A stretch of DNA of 64,000 nucleotides from an uncultured cyanobacterium. GTDB lineage: Bacteria > Cyanobacteriota > Cyanobacteriia > PCC-9006 > JAAUQQ01. Of the stretch, positions 1-9,746 are shown piece after piece. The translations under genes and the position numbers were made by a program. Numbering within the stretch: position 1 is the first letter of the stretch; each line of letters starts with the position of its first letter. The notes below the pieces were generated by a model. The model made no database searches and was not told the origin of the DNA. It was given only the letters and a program-made list of their open reading frames with translations. The DNA is taken from assembly GCA_963718615.1 (NCBI GenBank), contig OY970368.1:160001-224000 (forward strand), written 5' to 3'.

Positions 1-701
1 TTGCGCTGGGCTTGGGTTTGCTCCCAGTCCTGCTGCTGCTGAAACTGCGCCAACGCCTCATGGTCGAACAGACTCATGGGCGTATCTTCCGTATCCGGCG
101 CAATTTCCTCCGAAATCAAACGCACCATTTCCTTCGCCGGAACCTGGGTTAATCCGCCCCGCTGGGACCGATTGAGATAATTCACAAACCGGTAGACCAA
201 CAGCGGCTGATTGCGAATCGGACGGAGACAATATTCTTCTAAACTAGCCAACAGCAAGGTATTGCGCAGTTGAGAGCTCGGTGTACATTGACGAATCCAG
301 CCCATCTGCCGTTGTAGGTGGCGATCGCTTTGGAGCATCTCCTGAATCACTTCCCCCAAGACATCCACGACACTGCGGTAGCGATCGCGGCTTTGGGAGA
401 CCCAGGTACGAATTTTGCTACGGATAAGGAAAAGACTGCTCAGGCGGCGCATCAGACGCTGATAGGTTTGCTGAGATCCGACTCCGAGATAACGCTGAGT
501 CAAAATTCGGTAACGGTAATCCATCGCCTGCTGTGCCAGAGTGAGCTCCTGCTCATCAAGCCGATCAAACCGATCTTGGTCTTCCCCCAGCAACCATTGC
601 ACAATGCTGGCTTTCGTGGCTTGGGACTGTTTGGGGCAGTCTTCATTGAGCCGCGTCATCCATTCCGTTGTGAGGGTGTCCGCCAGTGCCATCGAATACA
701 T
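1..701 (-). CDS. HetZ-related protein 2 (partial, runs off left edge)
   Basis: Own minus-strand translation, absent from the ORF track because it is truncated: MYSMALADTLTTEWMTRL...AMDYRYRILTQRYLGV...NTLLLASLEEYCLRPIRNQPLLVYRFVNYL. Resembles the cyanobacterial HetZ paralog family. Alternative ATG at 692. Confidence 0.75.
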   Translation of the reverse strand, partial: MYSMALADTLTTEWMTRLNEDCPKQSQATKASIVQWLLGEDQDRFDRLDEQELTLAQQAMDYRYRILTQRYLGVGSQQTYQRLMRRLSSLFLIRSKIRTWVSQSRDRYRSVVDVLGEVIQEMLQSDRHLQRQMGWIRQCTPSSQLRNTLLLASLEEYCLRPIRNQPLLVYRFVNYLNRSQRGGLTQVPAKEMVRLISEEIAPDTEDTPMSLFDHEALAQFQQQQDWEQTQAQR

Positions 702-927
702 CCTAAGCTTGGCCTTTCTTTGATTGTTTCACGAGAATTGCCATGTGGGGCATGACATCTATCTATTCGCAGGAAACTTGCCCATTATGCACAATCTCGG
801 GCGGTTTCTAACTCTAGCCCGAAGCGTCCCCGGTCAGGGTCCATAGCGTTCGTCGGTTGGTTCATGAAGAACAACAGCAAGAACAGGAGACCTGGCAGGA
901 TTGGGCTAGGATTCGAAACTGAATCCT

Positions 928-1563
928 GTGGTTTCTCCCCGCTTGCCGATGACTGCACGCTCCTTGACACCAAGCTGCCCGACAGCCCATCTGAAGACGA
1001 TGCCACCTGGTGAGCCTGGTTTCTTCTACTTTGCCTACGGGTCCTGCATGTGCCCAGTGGACCTCAAGCGTACGCTGGGTGAGGATACTCACCCCTACGT
1101 CCTAGGACCAGCCTTGCTTCAGGGCTATCGGCTCGGTTTTTACCGACGATCGCCCCGGCGAAATTGCGGGGTTCTAGATATTGTGCCCGTGGCGAAGGGT
1201 TGGATTGAGGGGGTTTTGTATCATTTGCCCTGGCGGTTAAGCGATCGCCTCGACGAACGCGAGGAAGTCTCCACCGGCGGCTATCGACGGGAAGGAATCA
1301 GCGTGTCCTATCAAGGGCAGCAGTATGACGATGTACGCACCTACGTTGTCGTCAACAAACTGCCCACAGAACTCGCCCCCAACGACTGGTATTTCAACGT
1401 TGTTTTACGTGGCGCAGTTACCTGTGGCCTGTCAGAACATTACTGCTGGCAGCTCTTCCACCACATGACCCATTTACAAGGGCAACCACAAGCACAAGCA
1501 CAAGCACAATCACAGCCAAAGCCACAACTACAAAGCTCACCTTGCCAAGCCACATGGGCTTAA
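928..1563 (+). CDS. gamma-glutamylcyclotransferase (AIG2/ChaC-like)
   Basis: YYFAYGSCM motif, LDEREEV, YVVV. True start may be 949 or 1000. Q/A-repeat tail. Confidence 0.85.
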   Translation: MVSPRLPMTARSLTPSCPTAHLKTMPPGEPGFFYFAYGSCMCPVDLKRTLGEDTHPYVLGPALLQGYRLGFYRRSPRRNCGVLDIVPVAKGWIEGVLYHLPWRLSDRLDEREEVSTGGYRREGISVSYQGQQYDDVRTYVVVNKLPTELAPNDWYFNVVLRGAVTCGLSEHYCWQLFHHMTHLQGQPQAQAQAQSQPKPQLQSSPCQATWA

Positions 1564-1575
1564 TCCACAAAAAAG

Positions 1576-1609
1576 CCTAGGGTCATGAGCATCGTGCTTC
1601 AACCCTAGG
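1576..1609. terminator. hairpin between convergent GGCT and patU
   Basis: cctagggt...accctagg stem preceded by an A-tract (U-tract on the minus strand). Confidence 0.5.
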
Positions 1610-1666
1610 CACAGTTTTCGTCAAACAGTTTTCGTCAAATCAACCAGGGCTCCCAGAGCCCCAAGA

Positions 1667-2665
1667 CTAGAGCTGGATGGCAAATCCCAGCGGAGCATCT
1701 CCACCCACTAGGCTGACTTGCAACCGACAAATCGACTCCGGCTGAAGCATCATTTGCAGGACAACGGAACCAGATTCGGTGCGTTCGGCCTGGGTACGCT
1801 GGGCACCCTGCTCTAGTCGCACACTGCCTCCGGCTGGCAACTCGGCTTCAACCCGCAACGTACCGTCCCCATAGGCTAAATGCAGGAGCAGCGGACCTGC
1901 CGCTGTTTCCCAAGACTGACTGATGCTAGGCTCTGCTGCCGACAGCTTCAGCGTCAGACGATTCAGCATTTCGTAGGCCGCAATCATCGCCAGCGTTAGC
2001 TGCTGCTGCTGCGGAGCCGAGGCGTAAGTCTCCGGCATACTATTGCCCAACAAACGCGTCGCCAAGCCTTCGCCATCCCGGCTATAGCCCAAGCGGACCG
2101 CATTGGCCAGCAAATTTAGAGACTGGGGATCAACCGCAAAGAGAGACTCTACTGCTTCTACTAGGCGACGACCGTCTTGGACCGCAGACTGAGCCAAGTC
2201 CTGACAACGCTGAAACAGCTTCGCCAAGATCTCATCAGGCAACGCAACCGGCAAACGGAGCTGACGCAGCTGGGGCTCCCAAGCCGACAGGCCAAGGGTA
2301 GCCGGTAAGGTATCCTCATATTCCATAAGCTCTGTTTCCCAGGGGAAAAGGGGCGGGCGAGCTTCCATTTCCCGCTGGAACCTCTGCTTCAGCAGGGTAT
2401 AAAAGCGTTCTTGTACCACAGATTTTGCTCCCAGTTTAAGTGGTTCGTGCCCTGAAGATCGAGGGATAGCTTTCCCATCAAAAAGATGCATGGTCTCAGG
2501 ACTAAGACTCGGCGCGGGGTCTGTGAGTGATGCATCCCCAAGCGAGTCAGCCCAAACCTCAGAATCAAGCGGGTCAGGGGTTTCAAACCACAGTGCATCC
2601 GCAGGATGCTCCTGGAATAACCAGGCCAAGAACCGCTCCTCTAAGGTGTATGTGTCCCTATTCAT
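1667..2665 (-). CDS. patU: PatU (PatU3-like) protein
   Basis: VQERFYTLLKQR...PPLFPWETELMEY and LPVALPDEILAKL motifs; directly downstream of hetZ as in the Anabaena hetZ-patU locus. Start taken at MNRDTY (2665). Confidence 0.75.
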   Translation of the reverse strand: MNRDTYTLEERFLAWLFQEHPADALWFETPDPLDSEVWADSLGDASLTDPAPSLSPETMHLFDGKAIPRSSGHEPLKLGAKSVVQERFYTLLKQRFQREMEARPPLFPWETELMEYEDTLPATLGLSAWEPQLRQLRLPVALPDEILAKLFQRCQDLAQSAVQDGRRLVEAVESLFAVDPQSLNLLANAVRLGYSRDGEGLATRLLGNSMPETYASAPQQQQLTLAMIAAYEMLNRLTLKLSAAEPSISQSWETAAGPLLLHLAYGDGTLRVEAELPAGGSVRLEQGAQRTQAERTESGSVVLQMMLQPESICRLQVSLVGGDAPLGFAIQL

Positions 2666-2691
2666 TGCCGAGTGCCCCTCTCCGGAAAAAT

Positions 2692-3834
2692 TTAATCCTC
2701 GGCAGCCATTTGTGCCTTTGAGGCAGGCCGATTGCGGAGGTCCCAAGCCTGTTCTAGCATTTTGGACCACTGCCGATTCATCTGCGCAACCGTGCATCCT
2801 AGGTTTTTGGCGATCGCACTATCCTGCACTTGCTCCTGCTTCATCCGTAACAAGTCTGTCTGTTTCGCATTAAGACTATCCTGAAAGACCTCCCATTCTT
2901 GGGGTAATAGCCCCAGGTTATTGTCTAAATCAGCTTCGAGCCACTGGTGCACCAATTCCCACTGGTGCGACATGGAAAATCGAATCAGATGATACTTAAA
3001 GCGCTGCTGCAAATAGTCCCGTTCCCGTGGGGTGAGCCCTAGGATTTCTTCAATTTCACTGGCGGATAGGTCCTGAAGCCGCAGGATAAAGTAATTGGCA
3101 CAGTCCGTCTGCTGTCGAGCCTCTAAATAGCCCAACAGCTCTTGAACTACCTTTTCCCGCAGGGCATCTTCAGCCGGTTCTAGGTCTTGAGCCACCATCT
3201 GCTCCCGCACCTGCTGGAGCGAGGCATTGCCGCGCGCATCATCGGACTCCGAGGTGCTCCCTTCCGCTGCTTGCTCCAGATCGACGAGAGATTCCTGGGG
3301 CTGTTGCTGGGAGAAAGTTTGAACCCGCAGAATGATCAGCTGTTGGCTACGACCGTAGGGGAGCGGAATCCGTCGTTTGGCATAGCGCTCGGTGAACGCC
3401 ATGTATTCGGCTAATTCCAACAGGGTTCGGGGCTGGTAGTCCTCCGCCGATTGCGTCTCCCGACGAAAGACATTGAGGCCCTCCATATAAAAGCCCTGGA
3501 GGAAGTCCTCAATCAGGGTCAGACGGGCCTGATAACTGGCCTGGGCCTTGGCCGGGGTAATATACCGATAAATCACTGCGCTCAAGGTACTATGCAGCTC
3601 CACGCGGCCTTGACGGTGCCCTAGACGGTAGTACTTCAAGCACTGGGACAGCCGATGACGCGCTAAATTTTCGGCCCAAGCTGCGACTTCACCCGATGAC
3701 TGAATGCGATGACTCTCAGTACAGATGCGTTCAACTTCCTCTGCCAGACGAAAGGCGATCGCACGGCAGTTCGAATCGGACGCTCGGGTGGCCTGTCTGA
3801 GCTCGTTGTACAACAGATTGAAAGTTGTCTCCAC
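2692..3834 (-). CDS. hetZ: HetZ-family regulator
   Basis: GRVELHSTLSAVIYRYI, LAEYMAFTERYAKRRIPL, LGLTPRERDYLQQRFKYH; C-terminal HTH-like segment. Confidence 0.8.
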   Translation of the reverse strand: METTFNLLYNELRQATRASDSNCRAIAFRLAEEVERICTESHRIQSSGEVAAWAENLARHRLSQCLKYYRLGHRQGRVELHSTLSAVIYRYITPAKAQASYQARLTLIEDFLQGFYMEGLNVFRRETQSAEDYQPRTLLELAEYMAFTERYAKRRIPLPYGRSQQLIILRVQTFSQQQPQESLVDLEQAAEGSTSESDDARGNASLQQVREQMVAQDLEPAEDALREKVVQELLGYLEARQQTDCANYFILRLQDLSASEIEEILGLTPRERDYLQQRFKYHLIRFSMSHQWELVHQWLEADLDNNLGLLPQEWEVFQDSLNAKQTDLLRMKQEQVQDSAIAKNLGCTVAQMNRQWSKMLEQAWDLRNRPASKAQMAAED

Positions 3835-3940
3835 GCCTCAGATCCCCTGATGAATACGGTAGCTAATATTGACCCTAACATATGGGCTTAGGGCTTCATG
3901 GAAAACTTGCGAAAGCCTGAAACCATCAAACATTCGTAAA

Positions 3941-3982
3941 AACTTATGTGGTAGAAATGACTGCAAAAGTAGCTTCGATTAC
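3941..3982 (-). promoter_or_regulatory. NtcA-type class II promoter upstream of hetZ
   Basis: GTA-gcttcgat-TAC at 3969-3982, 22 nt spacer, then TAAGTT (TAN3T) on the minus strand at 3946-3941. Confidence 0.55.
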
Positions 3983-4272
3983 GCCCTGAGAGTCGATGTC
4001 TAGTTGCAGCCCTGAATCTGAGATAAAAGCTTATACAGCGGATGAAAGCCCGCTCTAGGATAGCGAAGATCCGTATTAATGGACGGAATCAATGGACGAA
4101 CAGCCGCAGCCTGAGCCGAACTACCCTAGTATCCCTAGGGAGGTAATGTCATCATAATCGCTACCCGATTACGCAATGGACCCGAGCCATGTTAACCGTA
4201 AAAGCCACCGATAGCACAACAGATAAAACATGCTAAGGTGTCGGCCTAAGCGATTTATGGGGCATTTACGCC

Positions 4273-4767
4273 ATGGAGAGCCTCGACCAACAGATTAAGG
4301 TGCTGATTGAACAGGCCCCTCAGGACGGCATTACCGCGACTCTCGTAAGGGTCATTGCACCGCTCCTTAAGCAAATGGCGAGCCAGCTAAGGCACCATCA
4401 GTATTATGTGCTTCAGACCCTAGATGCAGGCTGGATCGTAACAACCCTGAGTAATCGTACAAAGCCTGAGTTAGAAAAATCAGTTATTTACGCATTTCCT
4501 ACCTACGATGATGCCCAGCGGCAGGCCACCGACAACAGGGAGGAAGAAAGCTTAATTATTCCTATACCAATTATCCATATTCTGTTTCGGCTCATTGCCC
4601 TCCAACGGGTGGATAGCGCGATTTTCTTTGAAAGCAAAGGTGATTCGCGGCAGGGAATCGAAATTCGCTGTGATGATTTGCAACGCCAAGTACAGGCGCA
4701 GATTGCAGCCTATCAAGCTCAGCTACGTTCTACAGAACCGCGCAATCCTCCTCCGGATATTGCGTGA
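4273..4767 (+). CDS. hypothetical protein
   Basis: 164 aa ORF with plausible composition, ending PPPDIA; looks like a conserved cyanobacterial hypothetical. Confidence 0.7.
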   Translation: MESLDQQIKVLIEQAPQDGITATLVRVIAPLLKQMASQLRHHQYYVLQTLDAGWIVTTLSNRTKPELEKSVIYAFPTYDDAQRQATDNREEESLIIPIPIIHILFRLIALQRVDSAIFFESKGDSRQGIEIRCDDLQRQVQAQIAAYQAQLRSTEPRNPPPDIA

Positions 4768-4820
4768 AGGAAGGATGAAGTGAAAAAATTTGACGAGACA
4801 TTTTCAGCGTTTTGCGCTAC

Positions 4821-5603
4821 CTAGGTTCCCACGGGTTCAGCCCCGGCTGTTTTTTTCGTGCGGAAGGTCACGTTAGAGCCATCCTGCATTTGTTCTAGCA
4901 CCAACAGCGGCGTGGGTTTGGCTTTTTGGTCCCATTCCATATGGGCCAAGCGTCCTTGAATCGTCGGTTGCCAGTAATCGTCTTCCGCATTCGGGCTGAG
5001 AAACGCTTCAATACAGTCAATGAGCTGCTGAATGGTTTGCGAGCTTGCTTGGGTGGGAAGTTTAACCAAACGAATCTGGATCCGAAAGAGGACCCGTTTT
5101 TCTTGACCCAGGAGACTATCGCCGGGGCAATAGAACACATCGAAGGTTTCATCAATCTGACGCCCTGCGCTGGCAACCCCAATCACACCGAGATCCGCCT
5201 GCTTGGGTCGTAGGGCGAGGGCGATCGTTTCTTTAATTTGGATTTTGATCGTATTGAGAATCGCGAAGTTAAACGTATCCTCGGCCATACGCATGCGCAG
5301 ATAGTCAAGGTTAAAATCTCGCGAATGCATGAGGTCGGGATTTTGCTCCATCTTGGTGATGGTTTTCAGGGCTAGCTTGAGCTTTTTCTTCAGCTCCCGG
5401 CCTTTGAAATTTTCGAACTTTAACTGTTTTTGCAGATGTCGCAACCGCAGGCGTAGTAAGACATTAGTCCCGATAAGCGCGACTAAGAGGACACCGGAGG
5501 AGCATATCCAGAGCTCACCATTGTTGGCACTGAGTGCAGATGGCAAAGAGGCTGCACCGGATGCGGCAGTTACTTGTTTTTGGGCCGCGAGCGAACCTGA
5601 CAT
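4821..5603 (-). CDS. hypothetical protein with N-terminal TM helix and coiled coil
   Basis: 260 aa; hydrophobic stretch then ELKKKLKLALKTI; WDQKAKPTPLLVLEQ. Confidence 0.7.
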   Translation of the reverse strand: MSGSLAAQKQVTAASGAASLPSALSANNGELWICSSGVLLVALIGTNVLLRLRLRHLQKQLKFENFKGRELKKKLKLALKTITKMEQNPDLMHSRDFNLDYLRMRMAEDTFNFAILNTIKIQIKETIALALRPKQADLGVIGVASAGRQIDETFDVFYCPGDSLLGQEKRVLFRIQIRLVKLPTQASSQTIQQLIDCIEAFLSPNAEDDYWQPTIQGRLAHMEWDQKAKPTPLLVLEQMQDGSNVTFRTKKTAGAEPVGT

Positions 5604-5780
5604 GCGTTGACGCCTCCTGAATCCTCACTGTTTGATTTGTAGCGAGGATAAGGGGGAGGCAGGATCGGGGGAGGTACGGAAAAAATAGGGGAGCGTCGTG
5701 GAGGGGGAGGGGAGATTGACTAGAGGGGTATGGGGAAGAGGGAAGTAGGAAAGAGGGAATGGGGGATGAAGAAGAGAGCT

Positions 5781-7526
5781 TCAGTTAGTCCAGCGGGCAC
5801 GGTAGCTGCGGGCGTCGAGGTGGCAGAGATAGGGAAACTTGACATAGCGCCCTAGACCGCCGGGCCACCAGGGGTCGAAGGTCCAGTAGAGCTGGTTGCC
5901 GGTGAGGCCATCAACGTAGAAATCAACGGCGTCACCGACGATATGGCGACTGTAGGGGGCTCCGCCGACAGCGCGGTTAACATCGGGGGGACGATACCAA
6001 CTGGTGACAATGAAGGGGCGATCGATCCGGTCAAAGGCCCGTTGAGCCAACTGGGCAATCCGGACAATGGCATCGACGGTGGCTTGGTTGGGGGGCATGC
6101 GGGTGCCGCCGTGGGTGGCCTGGGCCCAGGTGAAATGGCCTCCGGGGATAATGGCGGCGTAGAGCTGAATATTGCGGGTGGTCCAGCGGGTGGGACGGGG
6201 CGGCGGCGGGACGGGCTTAGGTTTGGGGGGAGCCTCGGGGGTATTGGGGCGGGCCGTGGCCATGGCTTTGACTTCTTCGACGAGAGAGTTAATCACTTGG
6301 GTTTGATTCGGGGTTTCGCGCCAGAGCTGAACCAGGCGGACAAGGGCTTGGCGTTGGTGGTCGGTCTGGCCGTAGTTGCCAGGGATACGGCGAATGAAGT
6401 TGAGCAGTTCGCGATCGAGCTGAGAAGCGGCCTGCTGGATCGTCGCGGCGGAGAGTTGTTGTTCGCCACTAAATATATCGGCGTTGATCCCTAAGGCCAT
6501 AAGGGCGGTGCTGCGGGAATCGAGCTGCCGCCAAAGGCGAAAGGCTTCAGTGAGGGCGTGGCGTTGGGATCCTGCCCCTTGGTAGTACTGGGGAATGCGC
6601 TGGACAAAGGAGAGGAGCGCGGGGTCGATGGCGGTGAGGTTGGGACGGGGGATGGTGTCTTTGCGGAGGGAGGCGATCGCCTGCTCCCGCGAATTCAATT
6701 CCCGCCAAAGCTGGGCCAATCGCAGCAACGCCTCTCGCTGATGGGGATAACCACTGTAGTTCACCGATAATCGCTGAATGAACTGCACCAGCATCCGATT
6801 CAGATGGGCAGGCGGCGATGTCTCGGACAGTCCTAGGGATGTAATAACCGCAGCATGGTCCGGCAGTTTCCGCCAAATCCGACCGGCTTCAAGCAGGGCA
6901 TCCCGCTGGCTGGGCAACCCTCGGTAGTAGGCCGGAATTCGTTCAACGAGCTGGAGCAGTGCTTTGTCGAGAAACGCAAGATTGTGGGGGGCCTGATCAA
7001 TGGAGAGGTCCGCTTGGGCGTCGGTAAAATAGGCCTGTTTGAGAATTTGGAAATTGCAGGGTAGCAGCCGCGCCACGCCGGGTTCCGCTGGGCTGGGCGT
7101 ATAACCGGCAGCCACTTGCTTGAGAAAACCGTCACCATAGCCCCCGGCATCGGCATTCCACAGATCCAGGGGAGAAATTTTTTTGTCGATCAGCTGGTCC
7201 GTCAGATTGCGCAACGTCGTAGCCGCGACCTGGACTTGCTCTTCAAAACTGTCCAACGCCGACGCCGTGACCGGCGCAAAGGGAACAACCCCCAGCGTAC
7301 CGCTATCGGTTCCTTGAGCCTCTCGCCGAGCTGCCTCATCCTGAACCGCCATTTCCTCTTCTGGCAAGGCATCCTGGGGCTGGGGGGTCACCTCCGGCAG
7401 CACGGCGCGGGCTGCACCCGGATTATGGGCCGCATAAAGCCCTGCCAGGATCGACTTGTGAATTCCGACTCGGGCGGCTTCTAGAAGGTAGAGATAGTTG
7501 CGCTGATCCGCGTTGAGAGCTGTCAT
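5781..7526 (-). CDS. peptidase M15A (D-Ala-D-Ala carboxypeptidase-like) with helical repeats
   Basis: C-terminal TSWYRPPDVNRAVGGAPYSRHIVGDAVD...HLDAR zinc-peptidase motifs; proline-rich linker; four internal repeats. Confidence 0.85.
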   Translation of the reverse strand: MTALNADQRNYLYLLEAARVGIHKSILAGLYAAHNPGAARAVLPEVTPQPQDALPEEEMAVQDEAARREAQGTDSGTLGVVPFAPVTASALDSFEEQVQVAATTLRNLTDQLIDKKISPLDLWNADAGGYGDGFLKQVAAGYTPSPAEPGVARLLPCNFQILKQAYFTDAQADLSIDQAPHNLAFLDKALLQLVERIPAYYRGLPSQRDALLEAGRIWRKLPDHAAVITSLGLSETSPPAHLNRMLVQFIQRLSVNYSGYPHQREALLRLAQLWRELNSREQAIASLRKDTIPRPNLTAIDPALLSFVQRIPQYYQGAGSQRHALTEAFRLWRQLDSRSTALMALGINADIFSGEQQLSAATIQQAASQLDRELLNFIRRIPGNYGQTDHQRQALVRLVQLWRETPNQTQVINSLVEEVKAMATARPNTPEAPPKPKPVPPPPRPTRWTTRNIQLYAAIIPGGHFTWAQATHGGTRMPPNQATVDAIVRIAQLAQRAFDRIDRPFIVTSWYRPPDVNRAVGGAPYSRHIVGDAVDFYVDGLTGNQLYWTFDPWWPGGLGRYVKFPYLCHLDARSYRARWTN

Positions 7527-7621
7527 GGTTGAGGACTCACTCGGCTAACGCCTATTTGACCACGGATCCATTTAAGCGTGCCGATTTCATCTCAGGATTG
7601 AATTTTCTAGGGGAATGCCCG

Positions 7622-8476
7622 ATGACATTGCAAGCGCTTGATGAATTTTCTGGGGAACTGGTGCGATCGCTCCGTCTGATCGCCAGCGACATGGATGGCA
7701 CCCTCACCCAATCCGGACAGTTTTCTACAGCTCTTTTAGCGGCCTTAGACCGGCTGAATCAAGCCCATCTACCGCTGCTGATTGTAACCGGGCGATCGGC
7801 TGGATGGGTCCAAGGCATTGCCCAGTATTTGCCAGTGTTGGGGGCGATCGCCGAAAACGGGGGCCTATTCTTTCGAGGGCCAGACTATGCAGCCGAACTT
7901 TTAGTCGAAATTCCGGACTTGGGGGAACATCGCGATCGCCTTGCCCAAACCTTCCAACAGCTCCAGCGGCATTTTCCCCAGATCCAAGAATCTAGCGACA
8001 ACCGCTTTCGGCTGACGGACTGGACGTTTGATGTACAGGGGTTGAGTCAAGGGGAGTTGGGGGCGATCGCCCACCAGTGCCACACCGAAGGCTGGGGCTT
8101 TACCTACAGCACCGTCCAGTGCCACATTCGTCCCCTGGAACAGGATAAGAGCATCGGCCTCCTGCACCTGCTCAAAACCTTTCTTCAGAAAGACTTTCCA
8201 GCCCTACAGCCCCATCAGGTCCTCACCCTCGGCGATAGCCCCAATGATGCCAGCCTGTTTAATCCCAAGGATTTTCCCCTCTCCGTAGGAGTCGCCAATG
8301 TGCGGCATTACAGAGACCAACTCCCCTATCTGCCTCGATTTGTTACAGGAGCTGAAGAAGCAGTTGGATTTTGTGAACTCGTGGACCATCTTTTGAGGGT
8401 TTCTCCCCCAGTTCCCCCACAGGAATGCGAGAATATCCAACGGGCCAAAGGATTAAATCCCAATCTGGCACGGTAA
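7622..8476 (+). CDS. HAD-IIB family hydrolase
   Basis: [17 protein letters not shown] and GDSPND motifs. Start taken at MTLQ. Confidence 0.85.
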   Translation: MTLQALDEFSGELVRSLRLIASDMDGTLTQSGQFSTALLAALDRLNQAHLPLLIVTGRSAGWVQGIAQYLPVLGAIAENGGLFFRGPDYAAELLVEIPDLGEHRDRLAQTFQQLQRHFPQIQESSDNRFRLTDWTFDVQGLSQGELGAIAHQCHTEGWGFTYSTVQCHIRPLEQDKSIGLLHLLKTFLQKDFPALQPHQVLTLGDSPNDASLFNPKDFPLSVGVANVRHYRDQLPYLPRFVTGAEEAVGFCELVDHLLRVSPPVPPQECENIQRAKGLNPNLAR

Positions 8477-8492
8477 ATTCAAGGAGAAACCC

Positions 8493-8912
8493 ATGACCCG
8501 AGCGATTATGGAAACCGAGAAGGGGACAATCAATCTGGAGCTGTTTGACCAAGACGCCCCCAATACGGTGAAAAACTTTGTCGACTTGTCCGAGAAGGGC
8601 TTCTACGACGGGTTGAATTTCCACCGCGTCATCCCCAATTTTATGGTTCAAGGTGGTTGCCCCAAGGGCACTGGTACCGGCGGTCCGGGCTATAAAATCA
8701 AGTGCGAAATCAACGGCAATAAACACGAAGCCGGAACCCTTTCCATGGCCCATGCAGGCAAGGATACGGGGGGCAGTCAGTTTTTCATCTGCCACAGCCC
8801 TCAGCCCCATTTGGATGGAGTCCACACAACGTTTGGTAAAACCAACGATATGGATGTGGTCAATGCCATTCGTCAGGGTGACAAGATTTTGTCGGTAAAA
8901 ATCGAGAAGTAA
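8493..8912 (+). CDS. cyclophilin-type peptidyl-prolyl cis-trans isomerase
   Basis: [36 protein letters not shown]; AGGAG RBS. Confidence 0.95.
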   Translation: MTRAIMETEKGTINLELFDQDAPNTVKNFVDLSEKGFYDGLNFHRVIPNFMVQGGCPKGTGTGGPGYKIKCEINGNKHEAGTLSMAHAGKDTGGSQFFICHSPQPHLDGVHTTFGKTNDMDVVNAIRQGDKILSVKIEK

Positions 8913-9079
8913 ATTCATGGTTACCCAATAGGGGTCCCCAATAAACCTGGACGAACGCGGTTTCTACGGGATTCGCGATCGCCTCCCCAGATCCATCGGC
9001 CATCCGACCTGTCTGGAGGCGATCGCCTTCGCTACCATAAGTTCAGAATCTTCGACACTCACTGTTCACCGCAAATTTC

Positions 9080-9727
9080 ATGATTTTTTCTGCACTCTTT
9101 GGTGGTAAAAAGCTTGTCCTGCCTAGCCCAGAGGAAGCACTACCGGGCCGCACGACGGAAATGTCAGTTCCGGCCAAACATTTTGTCAATGGTAATCCTA
9201 TCAAAGGGCCGTTTCCCGCCGGACTAGAGCAGGCCGTTTTTGGGCTGGGCTGCTTCTGGGGCGCGGAGCGGAAGTTTTGGCAACAACCGGGCGTCTATAG
9301 CACTGCCGTAGGCTATGCAGCGGGGATTACCCCCAACCCCACCTACCAAGAGGTTTGTTCGGGCATGACGGGCCACAATGAAGTGGTTTTAGTGGTTTAT
9401 GACCCGAATGTCATTCGCTATCGAGACTTGCTGAAGGTTTTCTGGGAATCTCACGATCCGACCCAGGGCATGCGCCAGGGTAATGATGCAGGCACACAAT
9501 ATCGTTCAGGCATCTACACCTTTACCCCCGAACAGAAAGCCGCAGCGGCAGCCTCTAAGGCCGCCTACGAAGCGAACCTGCAGAAGTCGGGCTATGGCGA
9601 GATTACCACGGAGATCCGGGATGCGCCCCCGTTTTACTATGCGGAAGAGTATCACCAACAGTATCTAGCCAAGAATCCCAGTGGCTACTGTGGTTTGGGC
9701 GGTACCGGAGTTACCTGCGCGGTCTAG
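9080..9727 (+). CDS. msrA: peptide-methionine (S)-S-oxide reductase
   Basis: [33 protein letters not shown]. Confidence 0.95.
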   Translation: MIFSALFGGKKLVLPSPEEALPGRTTEMSVPAKHFVNGNPIKGPFPAGLEQAVFGLGCFWGAERKFWQQPGVYSTAVGYAAGITPNPTYQEVCSGMTGHNEVVLVVYDPNVIRYRDLLKVFWESHDPTQGMRQGNDAGTQYRSGIYTFTPEQKAAAAASKAAYEANLQKSGYGEITTEIRDAPPFYYAEEYHQQYLAKNPSGYCGLGGTGVTCAV

Positions 9728-9746
9728 GGCCTACGTGCTCTCGGGC

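Noticed and set aside
318-755. 145 aa plus-strand ORF
   Set aside because: Antisense shadow of the HetZ-related gene on the minus strand.
785-1006. Small ORF near hetZ/patU as a possible PatX/PatS peptide
   Set aside because: It contains DRGRFG, not RG(S/T)GR, and overlaps the GGCT start region.
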